Assembly: GCA_900088475.1 (NCBI GenBank)
Contig: FLMG01002713.1
Span: 1 to 62,643, forward strand
Direction: 5' to 3'
Source of the DNA: Hyphochytrium catenoides
Lineage: Eukaryota > Protista > Hyphochytriomycota
DNA length: 62,643 nt
A program made the position numbers and the translations under genes. The notes below the pieces were generated by a model, which worked only from the letters and a program-made list of their open reading frames with translations, had not been told where the DNA came from and made no database searches. This document shows positions 26,774 to 40,719 of the stretch, one piece after another. Position 1 is the stretch's first letter. Each line of letters begins with the position of its first letter.

Positions 26774-26890
26774 GAGAGAGAAGAGCAAGGGACATTAAGA
26801 GCAGTGTCAGCCTAAACAAAAAACTTGCTACAGCAATGAAACGACCCTTCCCTTTTTCTCCTCTCGCCATTCTCTGCCCCCATTCAACGT

Positions 26891-26948
<58 letters not shown>

Positions 26949-29213
26949 CTCACCTGGCTCTCTCCAGTCTCCATATTATAATAGTAGAAGGATTGGTTAT
27001 TCATGTCCCACTGCTGCAGCCACTGAACCGCTGACCGATCCTCCGCCTCCTTGGCTTTCCTCGCCTCTTCCGCAGCTCGTCTCTTCTCTTCATCTTCCAG
27101 ACGACGGACTTCTTTCTCCTCCTGGTGAGAGAGAAGAGAGAGAGAGAGGAAGTGTGCGTGAGAGAGAGAAGGAAGAATGAGAGAGAGAGGAGAGAGAGAG
27201 AGGAGAGAGAGAGAGAAAGAGAGGCAAATGGGGAAAGAGGGAAGAGAGAGAATGACTGAACTGTATCGCGAGAAGAATGTACACAGGGAAGAGGCTAGGG
27301 AGATTTGAAGATGAAGACAACACAAATGACAGGAAGAGAAAAAGATAGACAAACTTAATGAGAGAGAGAGAGAGAGAGAACAACCTTGTTGCGGGCGGAA
27401 GAGGAAGGGGAGGATACTCTCAGACAGATAAAGAGTGGCTAACAAGGGGACAGAGAGGAGAGAACGTGCAGGGAAATGACACAGAAGGGAAAGGAGAGAG
27501 AGTGAGAGAGAGAGAGAAAGAGAGATACGTACTTGCAACTTCCTCTCCTCGTCCTTGAATCTCTTCTCCACCTCCTCCGCTGCCTGGTTCATCTGCTCTT
27601 CAATGAGCACTTTCTGCGCCCGGATTCCTTTGAAGAGCTTGCTCTCTCCCACGAGAGAGAGAAACTCTTTCACTGGAGCGAGAGAGCGTGCGAGCTTGGA
27701 AGGAGGAGGAGGAGGTGGCGCCGGAGGTGTGGGCCACAGCTAACGGGGAAGAGAGAGCGAGAGGGAATGAGAGAGAAAAGAAGAGAGAAGAAGGGCCAGT
27801 TTTGTTAGAGAGAGAGAGAGATCGAATGACAAACGATAGGGAGAGAGATCCATGATGAATAAGAAAGGCAGGAAGTCAAACGGAGGAAGGAGAGAGAGAG
27901 AAATTGAGAGAGAGATCGCATGAGGAAAGGCAAAAGCAAGCGAGCTAATGACAGACAGTTAGAGGACAGAAGAGACACAGGGTAAAAGAAGCAAAAGGGA
28001 AGAGAGAGAGAGAATATTTGAAGAAGACAGAGAGAAAAAAGGGGCCAAAGAACGTTGCGCCCAGAGAGAGGCGCAGAAATAGAGACGGTAGAGAGAGAGA
28101 GAGAAAGACAGAGTCCTTACCTCCTTCAGGGTACACTCATAATTACTCTGGAGGATGAGTTGGAAAGGTCCTGTCATATCTTTGAGATAAGGCGCCAGGA
28201 GGAGAACATACGCCTGAGGCTCGAGGATCGCCTGGATCGTGACTTGTCTCTCTCTCACGGGAGGACCCGAATAATGAAGCACGTTCTTCTTTGACAGCTC
28301 ACGCACCTACGCAAGCAGAGAGAGGGGAGAGAGAGAAAAAGAGAGAGACAGAATAAGGGACAGAGAGAGAGAGAGAGAAAAAGAGAGAGAGAGAAAGAGA
28401 GAGGGAGAGAGAGAGAGAAGGAGAAAGAGAGGGGGAGAGANNNNNNNNNNNNNNNNNNNNNNNNNNNNNNNNNNNNNNNNNNNNNNNNNNNNNNNNNNNN
28501 NNNNNNNNNAAAGAACATCAGAAAGTGTGTAAAAAGGGATAATTAGCCATGCAGATGGTCCGACAGAGGAGGCCGACGAGAGAGAGACCAGCCATCGATA
28601 ATGTCATGCTAAGAAGGAGAGAGAGAACTAAAAAGAACTCTATCCTATCACGAGACAGACAGACAGACTGTGGGTGAGAAAGAGAGAGGGGAAGAGAGAG
28701 ACAGACAACGAGATGAAAGAAAGAGAGAGAGAGAGAGAGACAGAGTGTCGCGTCATCCCTCTTACCGGCACGGCCTTGTACTTATTTTCTGAAGCTGCCA
28801 AAAGCATGCAAACAGGGAGAATATCCGGGGGAGAGAGACCGTGCTCGTCGGCCTGGATAAGAGTGAGAAGCACTTCCGTGGGTCTCTCGATGATGAGAGA
28901 GAACTGAGGGTTCTCTCCTGGTTTGCAGTCACTGTTATGGCGAGAGGGAAGGCCCATTGTCTGGCCCCCTGAAAGACAGAGAGAAGAAGAGACAAGGAAG
29001 GGTGAGCTGAGGATAGAGTTGGAAGACGAAGGATTATCTTCTTACTCTCTCTCTCTCTTTACACACCCTCTAATGCTATTATGAATCCTTCTCTCCCTTT
29101 CTTTTTCTCTCTCTCTTTCCGCGTCTCCGCTGTCACTATCTCTGTCACCCTCTACACCTCTCCGTGTTCATGGCTTTGCTCTTCTCTGCCCCTTCCGCAC
29201 TGCCTCTCTCTCA

Positions 29214-29270
<57 letters not shown>

Positions 29271-30947
29271 CTCTTTCTACCATTACCTTTCCAGCTCCCG
29301 CAGATCTTCTTCGTCTTCCACTTCCTGGAGTCTCTATATTTGGCCACATAGAGCGTCCGAAAGCTATTGCAGAAGTCATCGAACGACATCCAGAATGTGT
29401 TGTCGTCCTCCTCCGTCTGCCCTAAGATATGACGCAGGCGAGAGGTCCAAAGAGGCGAGTCATCGCCCCAGTCGCCCTTCCATTCTGGATGATCGCCAGG
29501 AGGATTCCGAAGACGGAGGAGCTGATAGGAGTCGACCTCTCTCACGTCGAAGACCACGTAGCACTCCCCGAAGACCAGACCCATGTCCNNNNNNNNNNNN
29601 NNNNNNNNNNNNNNNNNNNNNNNNNNNNNNNNNNNNNNNNNNNNNNNNNNNNNNNNNNNNNNNNNNNNNNGAGAGAAGCAAACAGAAGTGAAGAAATAGA
29701 TGATAAGGGCCAGAGAGAGAGAGAGAGAGAGGGGGAGAAGCAGAGAGAAGAGAAGGAATAGGGGGATAGGGGAAGAGAGAAAGAGGTGAAATATAATTGA
29801 AGAAGAGTGAGATAGAGAAAGAAGGAGACGGACAGCAAGGGTAGAGAGAAGAGAATTGAAGAGTGGGAGAAGGAGTGAAAAAAGTGAGAGATGGAGTAAG
29901 AGGAAGGAGAGAGAGAAAGAGAAGGAAAGAGAGAGGAAGAGAGAGAGAGAGAGAGTAAGTAAGGGCGAACACGGGGGGAGACAAATGAACCGATTGGTTA
30001 GGTCAGGTGGCTCGAAGAACGATAAACGGACAAGGAAACGGAAGAGACATGTGTGAAAGGAGAGAGGTAAAGAAGAGAGCCTTCCCATGAAAGAAACAGT
30101 AGAAGATATTCGGGACGGCGAGGGATAGAAAAACTAAAAGTACCCCGAGAAAGGAAGAGAAAGAGAGAGGAAGGAAAGAGAAAGAAACAGAGAGAGAGAG
30201 AGAGAGACCTGGATCGTAGTGTCTGCTCCATCCTGGCTGATCGCTGTGGCTCCGATGAGGAACCGATTTTTCTTCCATCTCATCAGTTTGTACCAGAGAG
30301 CTTGCTTTGAGGCGCCGCGAGAGGTCTTGTTCAAGAATATTTGCTCAGAGGCAGCGCCTTTCAGGAGAGAGACGGAGACGGTGGGGAAGAGAGAGAGAGA
30401 GAGAGAGAGCAGAAGAGAGAGAGCATATATAGAAAGGTATGAGTACGGACAGTGGCGGTGCAAAGAGAGAATAAAAGTAAGAGAGAACTCGTGGAGAAAG
30501 AGAGAAAGGAATGAGAATATGAACAGAAACAGAGGGACAAGGGGAGCCTCATAGATAACAGTGTGAACTGTATAGACGGACGGAAGAAAGAGAGGCAGGG
30601 AGAGTTCTTTCTCTTTCTCTCTCTCTCTTACCGGTGAGATCGGTGAGCGCATGGTGGACGTATCCATCTTCTAACGCAGCGTAAGAGCCGTGATACTTAG
30701 CGTACGCCTTCTCAATAACGGGGACCCAGAGCTGCAAAGGAAAGAGAGAGAGAGAGAGAGTGAGAGGAGAAACACGAGCATGGGAGAGAAAGGGTTATCG
30801 TCTTTTCCTACTAAAGCATTGGCACTCATGCTCTCTCTTCCTTCTATCGGGCCCTATCCTCGTCATCTCTTTCTCTCTCTACGATCTCTCCCCCTCTCAC
30901 TGTTCCTCACTTTTCATTACGTCCATTGTTTCTGTCTCTCTCTTGAT

Positions 30948-30998
<51 letters not shown>

Positions 30999-31223
30999 GC
31001 CTGTTACCTCATTAAAATGCTTAGAGTATCCAAAGGCAGCGCCTAGACTTTCACTATCTTTGAACTCATCGGAGAGAACAGGAAAGTAATCGTCCACGAC
31101 CACGACCGCCCACTCGGAGTTCTTCCAGAACTGAACGGCGTAGGCGCCAGTCACTGATGTTGTCTTAGAGATGCAGAGAGAGTCGATCACAGGGCTAACA
31201 CTCTTGACCTTGGCGCCTGATGA

Positions 31224-31272
<49 letters not shown>

Positions 31273-31852
31273 GTGAGTGAGAAAAAGAAGGGATGAACAA
31301 GGAAGCGAGGAGAGACATCAAGCAACAGATTCATTAAAGCCGCCCAGGCGTACATAGAGAAAGAAAGAGAGAGAATGAGAGAGAGAGAAAGAGAGAAGAT
31401 GGACAGAGCAGAGAAGGGGTCAACAGCCCTTAGAGGTTTGAACATAGACAACCCACTCAATCACGAAGAGTAACACCTCAGAAGAGAGAGAAGCATAAAG
31501 CAAGAAAATAGCATACAGACGGAAGAGAGAGAGCAACCCAAAGAAAGAAGGAAAGAAAGAGAGAGAGGGAGAGAAAGAGACAGCACCACGGCCTTCTCAC
31601 CCTCTGAGGCTGCACAGATACTGAGGGCAGAGAGGAACCATCCGTCATTCAGCACGCCCTGGCGGACATCGTCCGGCTCCGTCCCGCCCTCGAACATGCA
31701 AGAATTGATGTTGATCGCCGCGGCCAAGCGCCAGTCAACCACGTCCGAGCGGTTTGCAATCTCTCCAATCGAGGAAATGTCAGGAGGAAAGTCAGGATCT
31801 TGGAACTGAAGAGCACGGCCAAACTGCCCAGGACGGCAGGACCAGCTGGGCG

Positions 31853-31903
<51 letters not shown>

Positions 31904-32425
31904 GGAATAGGGAATTAGTAGGAAGAAACACGGAGCGGATGCAGGCGCGAAGAGAAAAAATCTGACTTCTAAGTAGGCAGCGAGAGATAAGGACCACCAG
32001 AGCGAGCGAGCGGTAAGAGAGAGAGAGACAGAGAGAGAGAAAGAGACAGAGAGAGAGAGAGAAAGAGACAGAGAGAGAGAAAGAAGAGAGAGATGACACT
32101 GGCAAGACCGACAAGCGCACGATGAAAGGAGAAGAATGAGGCAAAAACGAAAGAGAGAGAGAGAGACTTACCCATTTGCAATCTCCATGAGTGCTTCCTC
32201 AGCGTTGATAAGAGTTTCATCTTTGTCTGGCGGCACCTGAATCCCTTGCTCCTGACGCCTCGACCGCCGAGCTGTGAACTCCAAGTAACGCCGGCGATGC
32301 ATGACCTAGCCCGCATAACAGAGGAGGGAAGAGAAGAGAGAGAGACAAGGAGAGAGAGAGAGAGAGAGAGAGAGGAGATGAAAGAAAGAGAGAGAGAGAG
32401 AGGATGAAAGAAAGAGAGAGAAAAG

Positions 32426-32467
<42 letters not shown>

Positions 32468-33070
32468 GAATAAAAAAAAGTGAGAACACAGAAGAGAAAG
32501 GGGAAGCTGAGTTTTACTGAAGTAAAGATAACCAACATGAAGTAAAAGAAAAAGAGAGAGAACGAGAGAGAGAGAGACAAGAGCCAGACTGAACAGACAG
32601 ACTAGGAACGCTTCTTCAGAGACTGGAGAAACAGAGGCAGTGAACCATAGAAAGTTTAGTCGGAGAAGTAGAGACCCAAAAGAAACAAAGGGAGAGAGAC
32701 CGAGAGAGAGAGAAAAATGGAGGCCGTCGAGCAATCTTTGGTTTGAGACTGAGCTAGAAGCGGGAGAGACGTGATTATTGAAAGAAAGGAAGACGTAGAG
32801 CTCACCTCTTCTCTCTGCTTTCTAAAGAGAAGGAGCTGGTCAGCATGAGCTTTTGCCTCATCGTCTTCCAGATCCGTGATGTTCTCTCTCTTCTCCTGGA
32901 GCTGGTCGAAGGCACGCTTCAAGGCGTTAAAGCGCTCTCTGAGAGGGAGAAAGGGTTCGCACGAGCAGAGAGAGAGAGAGAGAGAACGTGAGTACCTAGT
33001 AAGAGAGACATGAAAATGAAGGATCCATTGCGTACATCAGGTGTGAAACAGAGAGAAAGAGTGTGGGTGA

Positions 33071-33114
<44 letters not shown>

Positions 33115-33522
33115 GAGAGAGAGAAGGAGAGACAGAAAGAGAAAGAGAGAGAGAGAAAAAATGAGAGAGAGGGAGAGAGAAAGGGTGGAAGTACCTTTCG
33201 TCAGCAGTGAGAGACATGAGCCACACGGCCACGAGTGGGATGTCAATGGAGGCAAAGGATGCGGTCTTGAAGATGTCCCGAGGAGGTTTGATGCCGTTCG
33301 ACATAAGCTTGAACCGGTTCTCCCTACAGAGGGAGAGAGAGACGGAAAGGAGAGAGAGACCAAGAAAGAGAGAGAGAGTGATTGATCTTGTATGCTCTAC
33401 CCGTCTCTCCCTCACCTTCTTCTACTGTTCTCTTACTTCAGCATTGTGTCCCACTCTCTCTTCTCGTGACCTGCTTTTTGCTCTCTCCCTCTCTCCCTCC
33501 CTCTCTTGTCTCCGCCTTACTT

Positions 33523-33556
<34 letters not shown>

Positions 33557-33583
33557 ATTTTCTCTCTCTCTCTCTCTCTCTCA

Positions 33584-33624
<41 letters not shown>

Positions 33625-34163
33625 ATCGTCTCGTACCTCAAGAACTTCTGGAAGAGAACTCTCTGTCTCCTGATGACCGCCTCTGCCGTGTTGATAACGA
33701 TGAGTTGGAAGTGGATCATGGTCTGAATCTCTTCATAGTATTCCACGTCTAACTCTCTGTCTATGGCAGGCAAAGCTTGGAGGAACTTGCGCAGATCCGT
33801 GGGGGAAGAGAGAGAGAGAGAAGAGAGAGGGAGAGAGACAGGTGTGACAGGAGCTGGAGTCGTGGGAGAGGTAGGAGCTTCTGGGGCAACTTTCCCTTGA
33901 GCGGCATCTGATCGTGGCTTGAGGGAGTTGAACTGTGCGAGACGCGGTAGGGCAAGCGAAAGATGAGGGAGAGAGAAGGAGAGAGAAAAGGAGAGAGAAA
34001 GAGAGAGAATGAGTGAGAGACAAGAGTTTTGAAAGAAAACAATGAGAAGTCAGGAAAGATTGTGAGCATATTGAAGAACGGACCCAGGACGAAAGAGTTT
34101 TATAACAAGGGAGGTTCTGGCAACCAAAGAGAAAGAGAGTGGGGAAAAAAGAGAAAGAGAGAA

Positions 34164-34194
<31 letters not shown>

Positions 34195-34271
34195 AGACAT
34201 GACTAGCCAGTAAGCCGCCTATACCACTATCCATGCACTCCTCTCCCTATCCTCTCCTCTCTCTTAGCCAT

Positions 34272-34326
<55 letters not shown>

Positions 34327-34526
34327 TACCTGTTTGGCCAGTGTTTCTTTCACTGTTCCCCAGGCTTTGCTCTTCTCTCCCTGGCGAATCAGATGCTTGA
34401 AAGCTCCGAAGCCGACTAAAAAGGCGAAAGGACCTTTTGAAGCGTGCAGCGTGTCTTCCAACGCCGTCTGGAAGTCAAAGAGACCGTCAGGACGGCGGAT
34501 TCGTGTCTCCATGAGTCCTGTGTGTT

Positions 34527-34581
<55 letters not shown>

Positions 34582-35125
34582 GGGAAGGCGAGAGAGAGGT
34601 AAAGCGGGAGAAGAGGAGAGGGGTAGAGAGAGAGAGAGAGAGTCATTTCAGTCCGACCCTATGTATAAGAGAACGAAAGGAAGGAAAGAAGGAGAGAAAG
34701 TGAATCACATTCGACGGTTAAGCGAAGATGGAAACAGACTGGGGGATGAGGGAAGGAAGTAAAGAGAGAGAGAGAGAGAAGAGAGACCTTTGATGTATTC
34801 CTTAGCCTTTGCCTTTGCTCTCTCTTTCGCCGTCAGCTCTTTCAACTCCTTCTCTCTCTGTTCGTCTCTTTGTCTCTTCTCTTCTTCTCTCTTCTTCTTA
34901 AGGCCAAGTTTCTCTTCCTCTTCATCGGAGAGAAAGGAACAATTGCTGAGAAACTGAAGAAGTTTGTCGCTAAGTTCTCTCGCGCTGTATCTCTTCAGCA
35001 CGCCTGTTCTCCCTTCTAATTCCAAGCTTTTCTTTAGAAGTTCGGCTCTCACGCGACCAAAAGCGAGGCGCTCGTACTCCATCTCTGCCTGGAGCTCTAG
35101 GAATTCTTTGTCCACCTGTTGCGAA

Positions 35126-35159
<34 letters not shown>

Positions 35160-35211
35160 CGAGAGAGAGAGAGAGAGAACGAGAGAGAGAGAGAGGGGTG
35201 GATGGGGGAAG

Positions 35212-35249
<38 letters not shown>

Positions 35250-36284
35250 AGAGAGAAGAAGAAGGGTTTAAGAGAGAGCAAGGGTATGGGGTGACGCAAG
35301 TAACATACGGGGTTGCGGGGATAACAAAAGAGAGAAAGAGAAAGAGAAAGAAAGCAAGACAGGAAAGAAATGTTGAGAGGAAGGAGAGGGCAAAGAGAGA
35401 CACATCAGAAGAGAGGGAGAAGAATGTCAGTTCGGATTGAGAAAGAGAGAAATGTACAAGGAAGAGATCCAGGGACATAAGGAGCGGAAAAGAAAGAGAG
35501 AGAGAGACAGAGAAGGAGAGAGAGAAGAGAGAGAGAGAGACTTACCCATTCTTTGCAGATGATGTTCAGGGGCGCTCTCCTCTGGTCAAAGGACTTTCTG
35601 ACCTGCTCCGCTGTCTCTTTCATCTGCAGCTCAGCCACGTACTGGACGGCCGTTCCCATCATGCGAGGCGTGACAGAGCAGAGATTGGCAATAAAGCCTG
35701 GGGGAAGGGAGAGAGAGAGCGTAAGGGAGACACAATGAAATGACCGCCAAGAGAGAGAGAGAGAAGAAGAACAGAAGAGACACAGGGAGAGAGAGAGAGA
35801 GAAAAGAGAAAGGAGAAGGTGTGCAAAGCCCGTGAGGTGATTGACTGTCTCCCCTTTTTAACCTTCGCCATTCCTTTTTACTAGTGACACCTTTCCGTCG
35901 CCTCTCTTCCCTCGTTTTTTATTTCTCTTCTCTCTCTTTCTCTCTCTCTCTCTCTCTTTTTCTCTCTCTCTCCCTGGTGCTTACCAGTGAAGGCCAAGAG
36001 GACGAGAGAGCATAGTCCAATGCCAAAGCCCAGCGGATCGACAAACATCGTGGCAAATGTTCCCCAGATAAAAGCCACGAAGAAGAAGAGAAAGACATTT
36101 CTCACTCCCTCGTTCTCTCCCTTCACTGTGTTACTCTCCGCGTCGAAAGAGTAAATAGGAAAGATGAAAGGAGAGTAGAAGATGGTGGCGTCCGGGGGAC
36201 GGAGGAGGAAAGAGGCAAGTGCTGTGCCACCAATCCTCAGGAGAAGAAGGACAAAGGCGACTGTTTGATAGTTCAGATTAGGGG

Positions 36285-36315
<31 letters not shown>

Positions 36316-36635
36316 GAGAGAGAAATGAAGAGGAGAGAAGAGGCAAAAGAAAACAAAGTCAGTGCGGACTCTCTTTCCTCTTCCTAGGTGCCCCGTTGCC
36401 CACTCAATCAAGGAGCCGACCTACCGTTTTTCTTCTCTGTTATTGCTGTTTCGTTTCTCTCTCTTTAGCTGCTTCTCTTTCTCCTTCTCTCTTTTGCTGT
36501 CTCTCTCTTTTTTATATCCCTCTCTCTTCCCATTTAGTTGCCCAGTCTCCCTCACGTTGGTTTTGTCTTACTTCCCATTCATTCTATTACTTTTCTCTTT
36601 TTTCCTCTCCTCCCGGAGTCTCTTGTACTGTCCTC

Positions 36636-36687
<52 letters not shown>

Positions 36688-37863
36688 TCGTCTCTCACCT
36701 GTCGACGCGAAGAAGAGAGTCTCTGCCTGAAAGAAGCCAATCAGTCCCGCGAGAAGCGCTGCTCCATTGATAATGAAAAGCGCTTGCCTCTGATACTTCG
36801 GAGAGAGATAAAAGTCATTCTCCGCCCAGCGGAAAGAGAAATAGAGAAGAAAGAGAAAGAAAGAGAGAATGAGAGAGAGAAGAAGACCCGAGAGGACATT
36901 CCCCCAGATGTAAACAATGAAGACGAGCAATGCCCAGCCGGAAGAATAGAGAGGAACAAGCTTCTTCTTGGTGAAGAGAGAGAGAGAGTACTTGTCCTCT
37001 CTCCATTTGACGATAGCGGCCACTGATCCTACGAGGAGAGGATAGAAAAAGAAGAGAGAGAAGACAAAGAGAGTCCACACGCTGTTGACGTCTGCCTCCA
37101 CGACTTCTGCCCAGAAGACCCAGAGAGAGATGAAAGAGACGAAGAAAGAGAACTTCAGGCTCAGAAACATGTCCTCTGTCCATTTGAAGACGTAGAAGTA
37201 CTTGACCACCTAGAGAGAAGAGGGAAAGACCACCAGAGAGCAAAGAGAGAGAGAAGGGGAGAGAGAGAGAGAGAAAGAGAGGGAGGGACGGAGAGGGAGA
37301 GAGAGGGAGAGAGAGAGTAAAAAGGAGGGAGAAGCGGGAGAAACGGAGGAAACGAGATAGAAAAGAACAAGAGAGAAAGAGGAGTGAGTTGAGGTATGTG
37401 AAAGGGGAGCAAGATTGTAAAAATTCGGAAGAGAGAGAGAGAGACCTTCGCATCTCTCTCTCGCCCTCCCTTATCGCCCCAAGATAGCCCTCAAGTTATC
37501 CATAGCGCTTTTGCAGTGCTACACGCTCATCCTCTTCCTTCCTTTTTAATTGCTCTCTCTCTCTCTCCTCTCTAACCTAACAGTCCGTCATCCTCTCTCT
37601 CTCTCTCTCTTTGTGTCTCTCTTTCTTTCTCTCTCTTCTTGGACCACCTACCGGCGCGAGAGAGAAGATGAGGATGTAGGAGACAACCCAGAACGTATGG
37701 CCAGCCCAGGTAGGCTCCTGTGTGTAAGCCGTGATGACGCCGAAGAGGAAGAGAGAAAAAAGAAGAGACCCGAAGGCAATAAGGACCGCGTACTCTTCCT
37801 CGAGGAGATAACCACCTTTAATACCGTCCCAGAGGGTCATGCTGTGGGCAAAGGGCAAAAAGC

Positions 37864-37914
<51 letters not shown>

Positions 37915-38399
37915 CGCAGAACATACAGTTAGCAGAAGTGTAGGAAGAGCACTTGGAGGTCATGCTGGGAGAGAGAAAAGACCAAGGAGAGGGAGAGGGA
38001 GAAAGAGAAGAGAGAACGAGAGATTGTGGGGTGGAGCATTGAGTCACAAGAAATGTCAGGGAAAGAACAGACGACAAGATTCGCTCTCAGGAGAGAAGAG
38101 AGAGAGAAGTAAGCTGACTCACTTTGCGTAGGGATTCTCTTCTTCATCCCCTTCTTTCTTTTCTTCTTCTCCCTTCTCTGGAGCGACGTCAACCTTGGCC
38201 TGCCAAGGCTGAGGCGAGACAGAAGACGGAAGAGAGAGTAGAGGAGAGAGAAAGAGAGAGAAAGAGAGAAAGGATAAGTCGATGATGAGACCACTTACCG
38301 TTTGAGAGTGTCTGCCAGAGCTGAGATAGAACTAGTCTGAAAGGGAGAGAGTGACACAAATGGAGAGAATAGAAGAGAGAAATCTTGACTTTAGAAAAA

Positions 38400-38431
<32 letters not shown>

Positions 38432-39560
38432 CCCTTTCAAACCTTCATTTTCAGAGCCTTTCCCATCTTGGTTCCCGCCAGTCTGTTGTGCAGGAGAAAC
38501 ACGGCAACCTTCACCTTGACGCGGGAGACAGAGAGAAAGGCGACAGTGCGGACAAAAGAGAGACGGAGAAACGCAAGGATCCGAATGGAGAGAGAGACGA
38601 AAAAAGACGCGGTGCGGGCCTTCATTATGTCTAACTTCGTCTCTGCAGCGTCAATGACGAAGCCGTTAAGATTATGAGAAGCGAGAGACGGAGGGGAACC
38701 AATTGAGAGAGAGAGAGAGAGAGAAGAAATAGGAGAATAGCCAGTGTCAGTTTAGGAATTGATAGAGAGAGAGAGTGTGTGAGAGAGAAGCGCTCAAAAC
38801 AGTTGTTAGAGAAGAGAGAGACTAACAAGGAGAAAGATTCTTCCCCATAGAGAGAGAGAGAGAGAGAGAGNNNNNNNNNNNNNNNNNNNNNNNNNNNNNN
38901 NNNNNNNNNNNNNNNNNNNNNNGAAAGAGAGAGAGGGAGAGAGACAGAGAGAGAGAAAGAGAGACAGAGAGAGGGAGAGAGAAAAAAAAAAAGAGAGAGA
39001 GAAAAAGAGAGAGAGAAAGAAATAGAGAGAGAAAGAAATAGAGAGAGAACCAAAGAGAGAGAGAAAGAAATAGAGAAAGGAGAGAGAAGTTGACAAGTGG
39101 AGAGGGGGATGAGGGAGAGGGACAAGGCGACAGAAGAGTAAGGGTAAAGGCCACCTGCCAGAAGAATAAGATGGGAGATGGCACAGAAGAGAAAGAAATA
39201 AGGAAGAGAGAAAGTTGGTCGTACTCTTCTCAGGAATAGCGGGCGGCGTCTTTTCTTCTTTCCCCTTTTCGCCATCTTTAGCCTTCTCTCTCTCTTCCTC
39301 TGTCTTGTTCTTCTCTTTCTCTGCGGCGGCTTTCTCCGCCTCCTGCGCCTCTTTCTCTGCATTCTGAATTCTCTTCTCTGTCTCTTCTTCTTCTTCTTCC
39401 TCTTCTTCTCCTTCTTCTTCTTCTCCCTCCTTCGGAACTCCTCCTAGCGCGGGCATCTTGATCTCTCCCTCTCCCTGTTCCTCTTGATCGACTCCAGGAA
39501 GAGCAAATTGTTGGCCTGCTCTCTCCGCAGCACTCGACTAGTAACAGAAAGAGAGAGAGG

Positions 39561-39592
<32 letters not shown>

Positions 39593-40039
39593 AAGAGAAA
39601 GGAAGGCGGGACAGAGAGACAGCGAGGAAGAGATAGAGAAGAATGGGGAAGGGTCAATGCCAAGACGAGAGAGAGAGAGACCGGCATCAGGAAGAAGAGA
39701 AAGAGACGAAAGACTGTGTTCTGGCAGAATGAGAGAAAAATTGAATAGAGAGGAAGACAGAGTGCGAGAGGACAAAATCCACACGGAGAGAGAGAGAGGG
39801 TGAAGAGAGGGTGTCGAGAGAGAGAGAGAGAGAGAGAGTTTTCTCCTAGGAAACAAACATAATTATGGCCTACCTCTTCTTCCTCGTCTTCTTCTTCCTC
39901 CACATCTTTAGGCGGCCACTGGACCAGTTGGAAGTCGTTTGCCCGCCAGCGCGTGACGACGAATGTGCCCAGCAGGACAAAGATAGGGAAGAAGATAGAG
40001 AGAAGAAGAGTCTACAGAAGCAGAGATTTCAGGAGAACG

Positions 40040-40076
<37 letters not shown>

Positions 40077-40684
40077 TTACTGTTTGGCCGGGTGGAGGGT
40101 GGAGGTCAAGCCTGTGCAACCAGATAAACGGATCGGAGAAAAGACCGAGAAAGAGAGAGAGAAAGAGAGAGAAAGAGAGAGAAAGAGAGAGAACAAAGAG
40201 ACAGAGATACACAAGAGAGCAACCCAAAAGCGACACAAAGAGAGAGAACAAGAGAGCCCAAACCTCCAAACCCACAGTGGAGAACTTCATGGCAAGAGCA
40301 AAGAGAGAAAGAGTGGTAACTATTTACAGAGAGTTAAAGAGAGAGAAGGAGAGAAGGGGAGAGAGAGAGAGAGAAAGAAAGAGGAAAGGACACTTACCAT
40401 GGAAGAGTTGGTGGCTCCATAGATGAGAAGGCCAGAGCAGACCAACATTATCTCAAAGACTACCGCCAAGATGTACGGGATTTTGAACTAGAGCAAGACA
40501 GGAAGAGAGAGAGAGAGAGAGAGACAAGTAAGAGAAAGAAGAGGAGTGCGACAGAGTGGAAGGGAAGTGCAAGGTGGAAAGCAAAGGACTGCACACAAGA
40601 CTTGAGAGAGAGAGAAGAACTGAGGAAGAGAGAATAGATAGAAAACTGTTGCATTCTTTCAAGTAGAACAACCTTCTGGAAAAG

Positions 40685-40719
<35 letters not shown>

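Noticed and set aside
33786-33805. Non-canonical acceptor after a CT tract
   Set aside because: The CT tract reads through in frame from a canonical CAG acceptor near 33933, so it is exonic.
38299-38320. 22-nt frameshifting poison exon in the calpain
   Set aside because: An upstream TAG acceptor gives a 33-nt in-frame exon, which is the simpler model.
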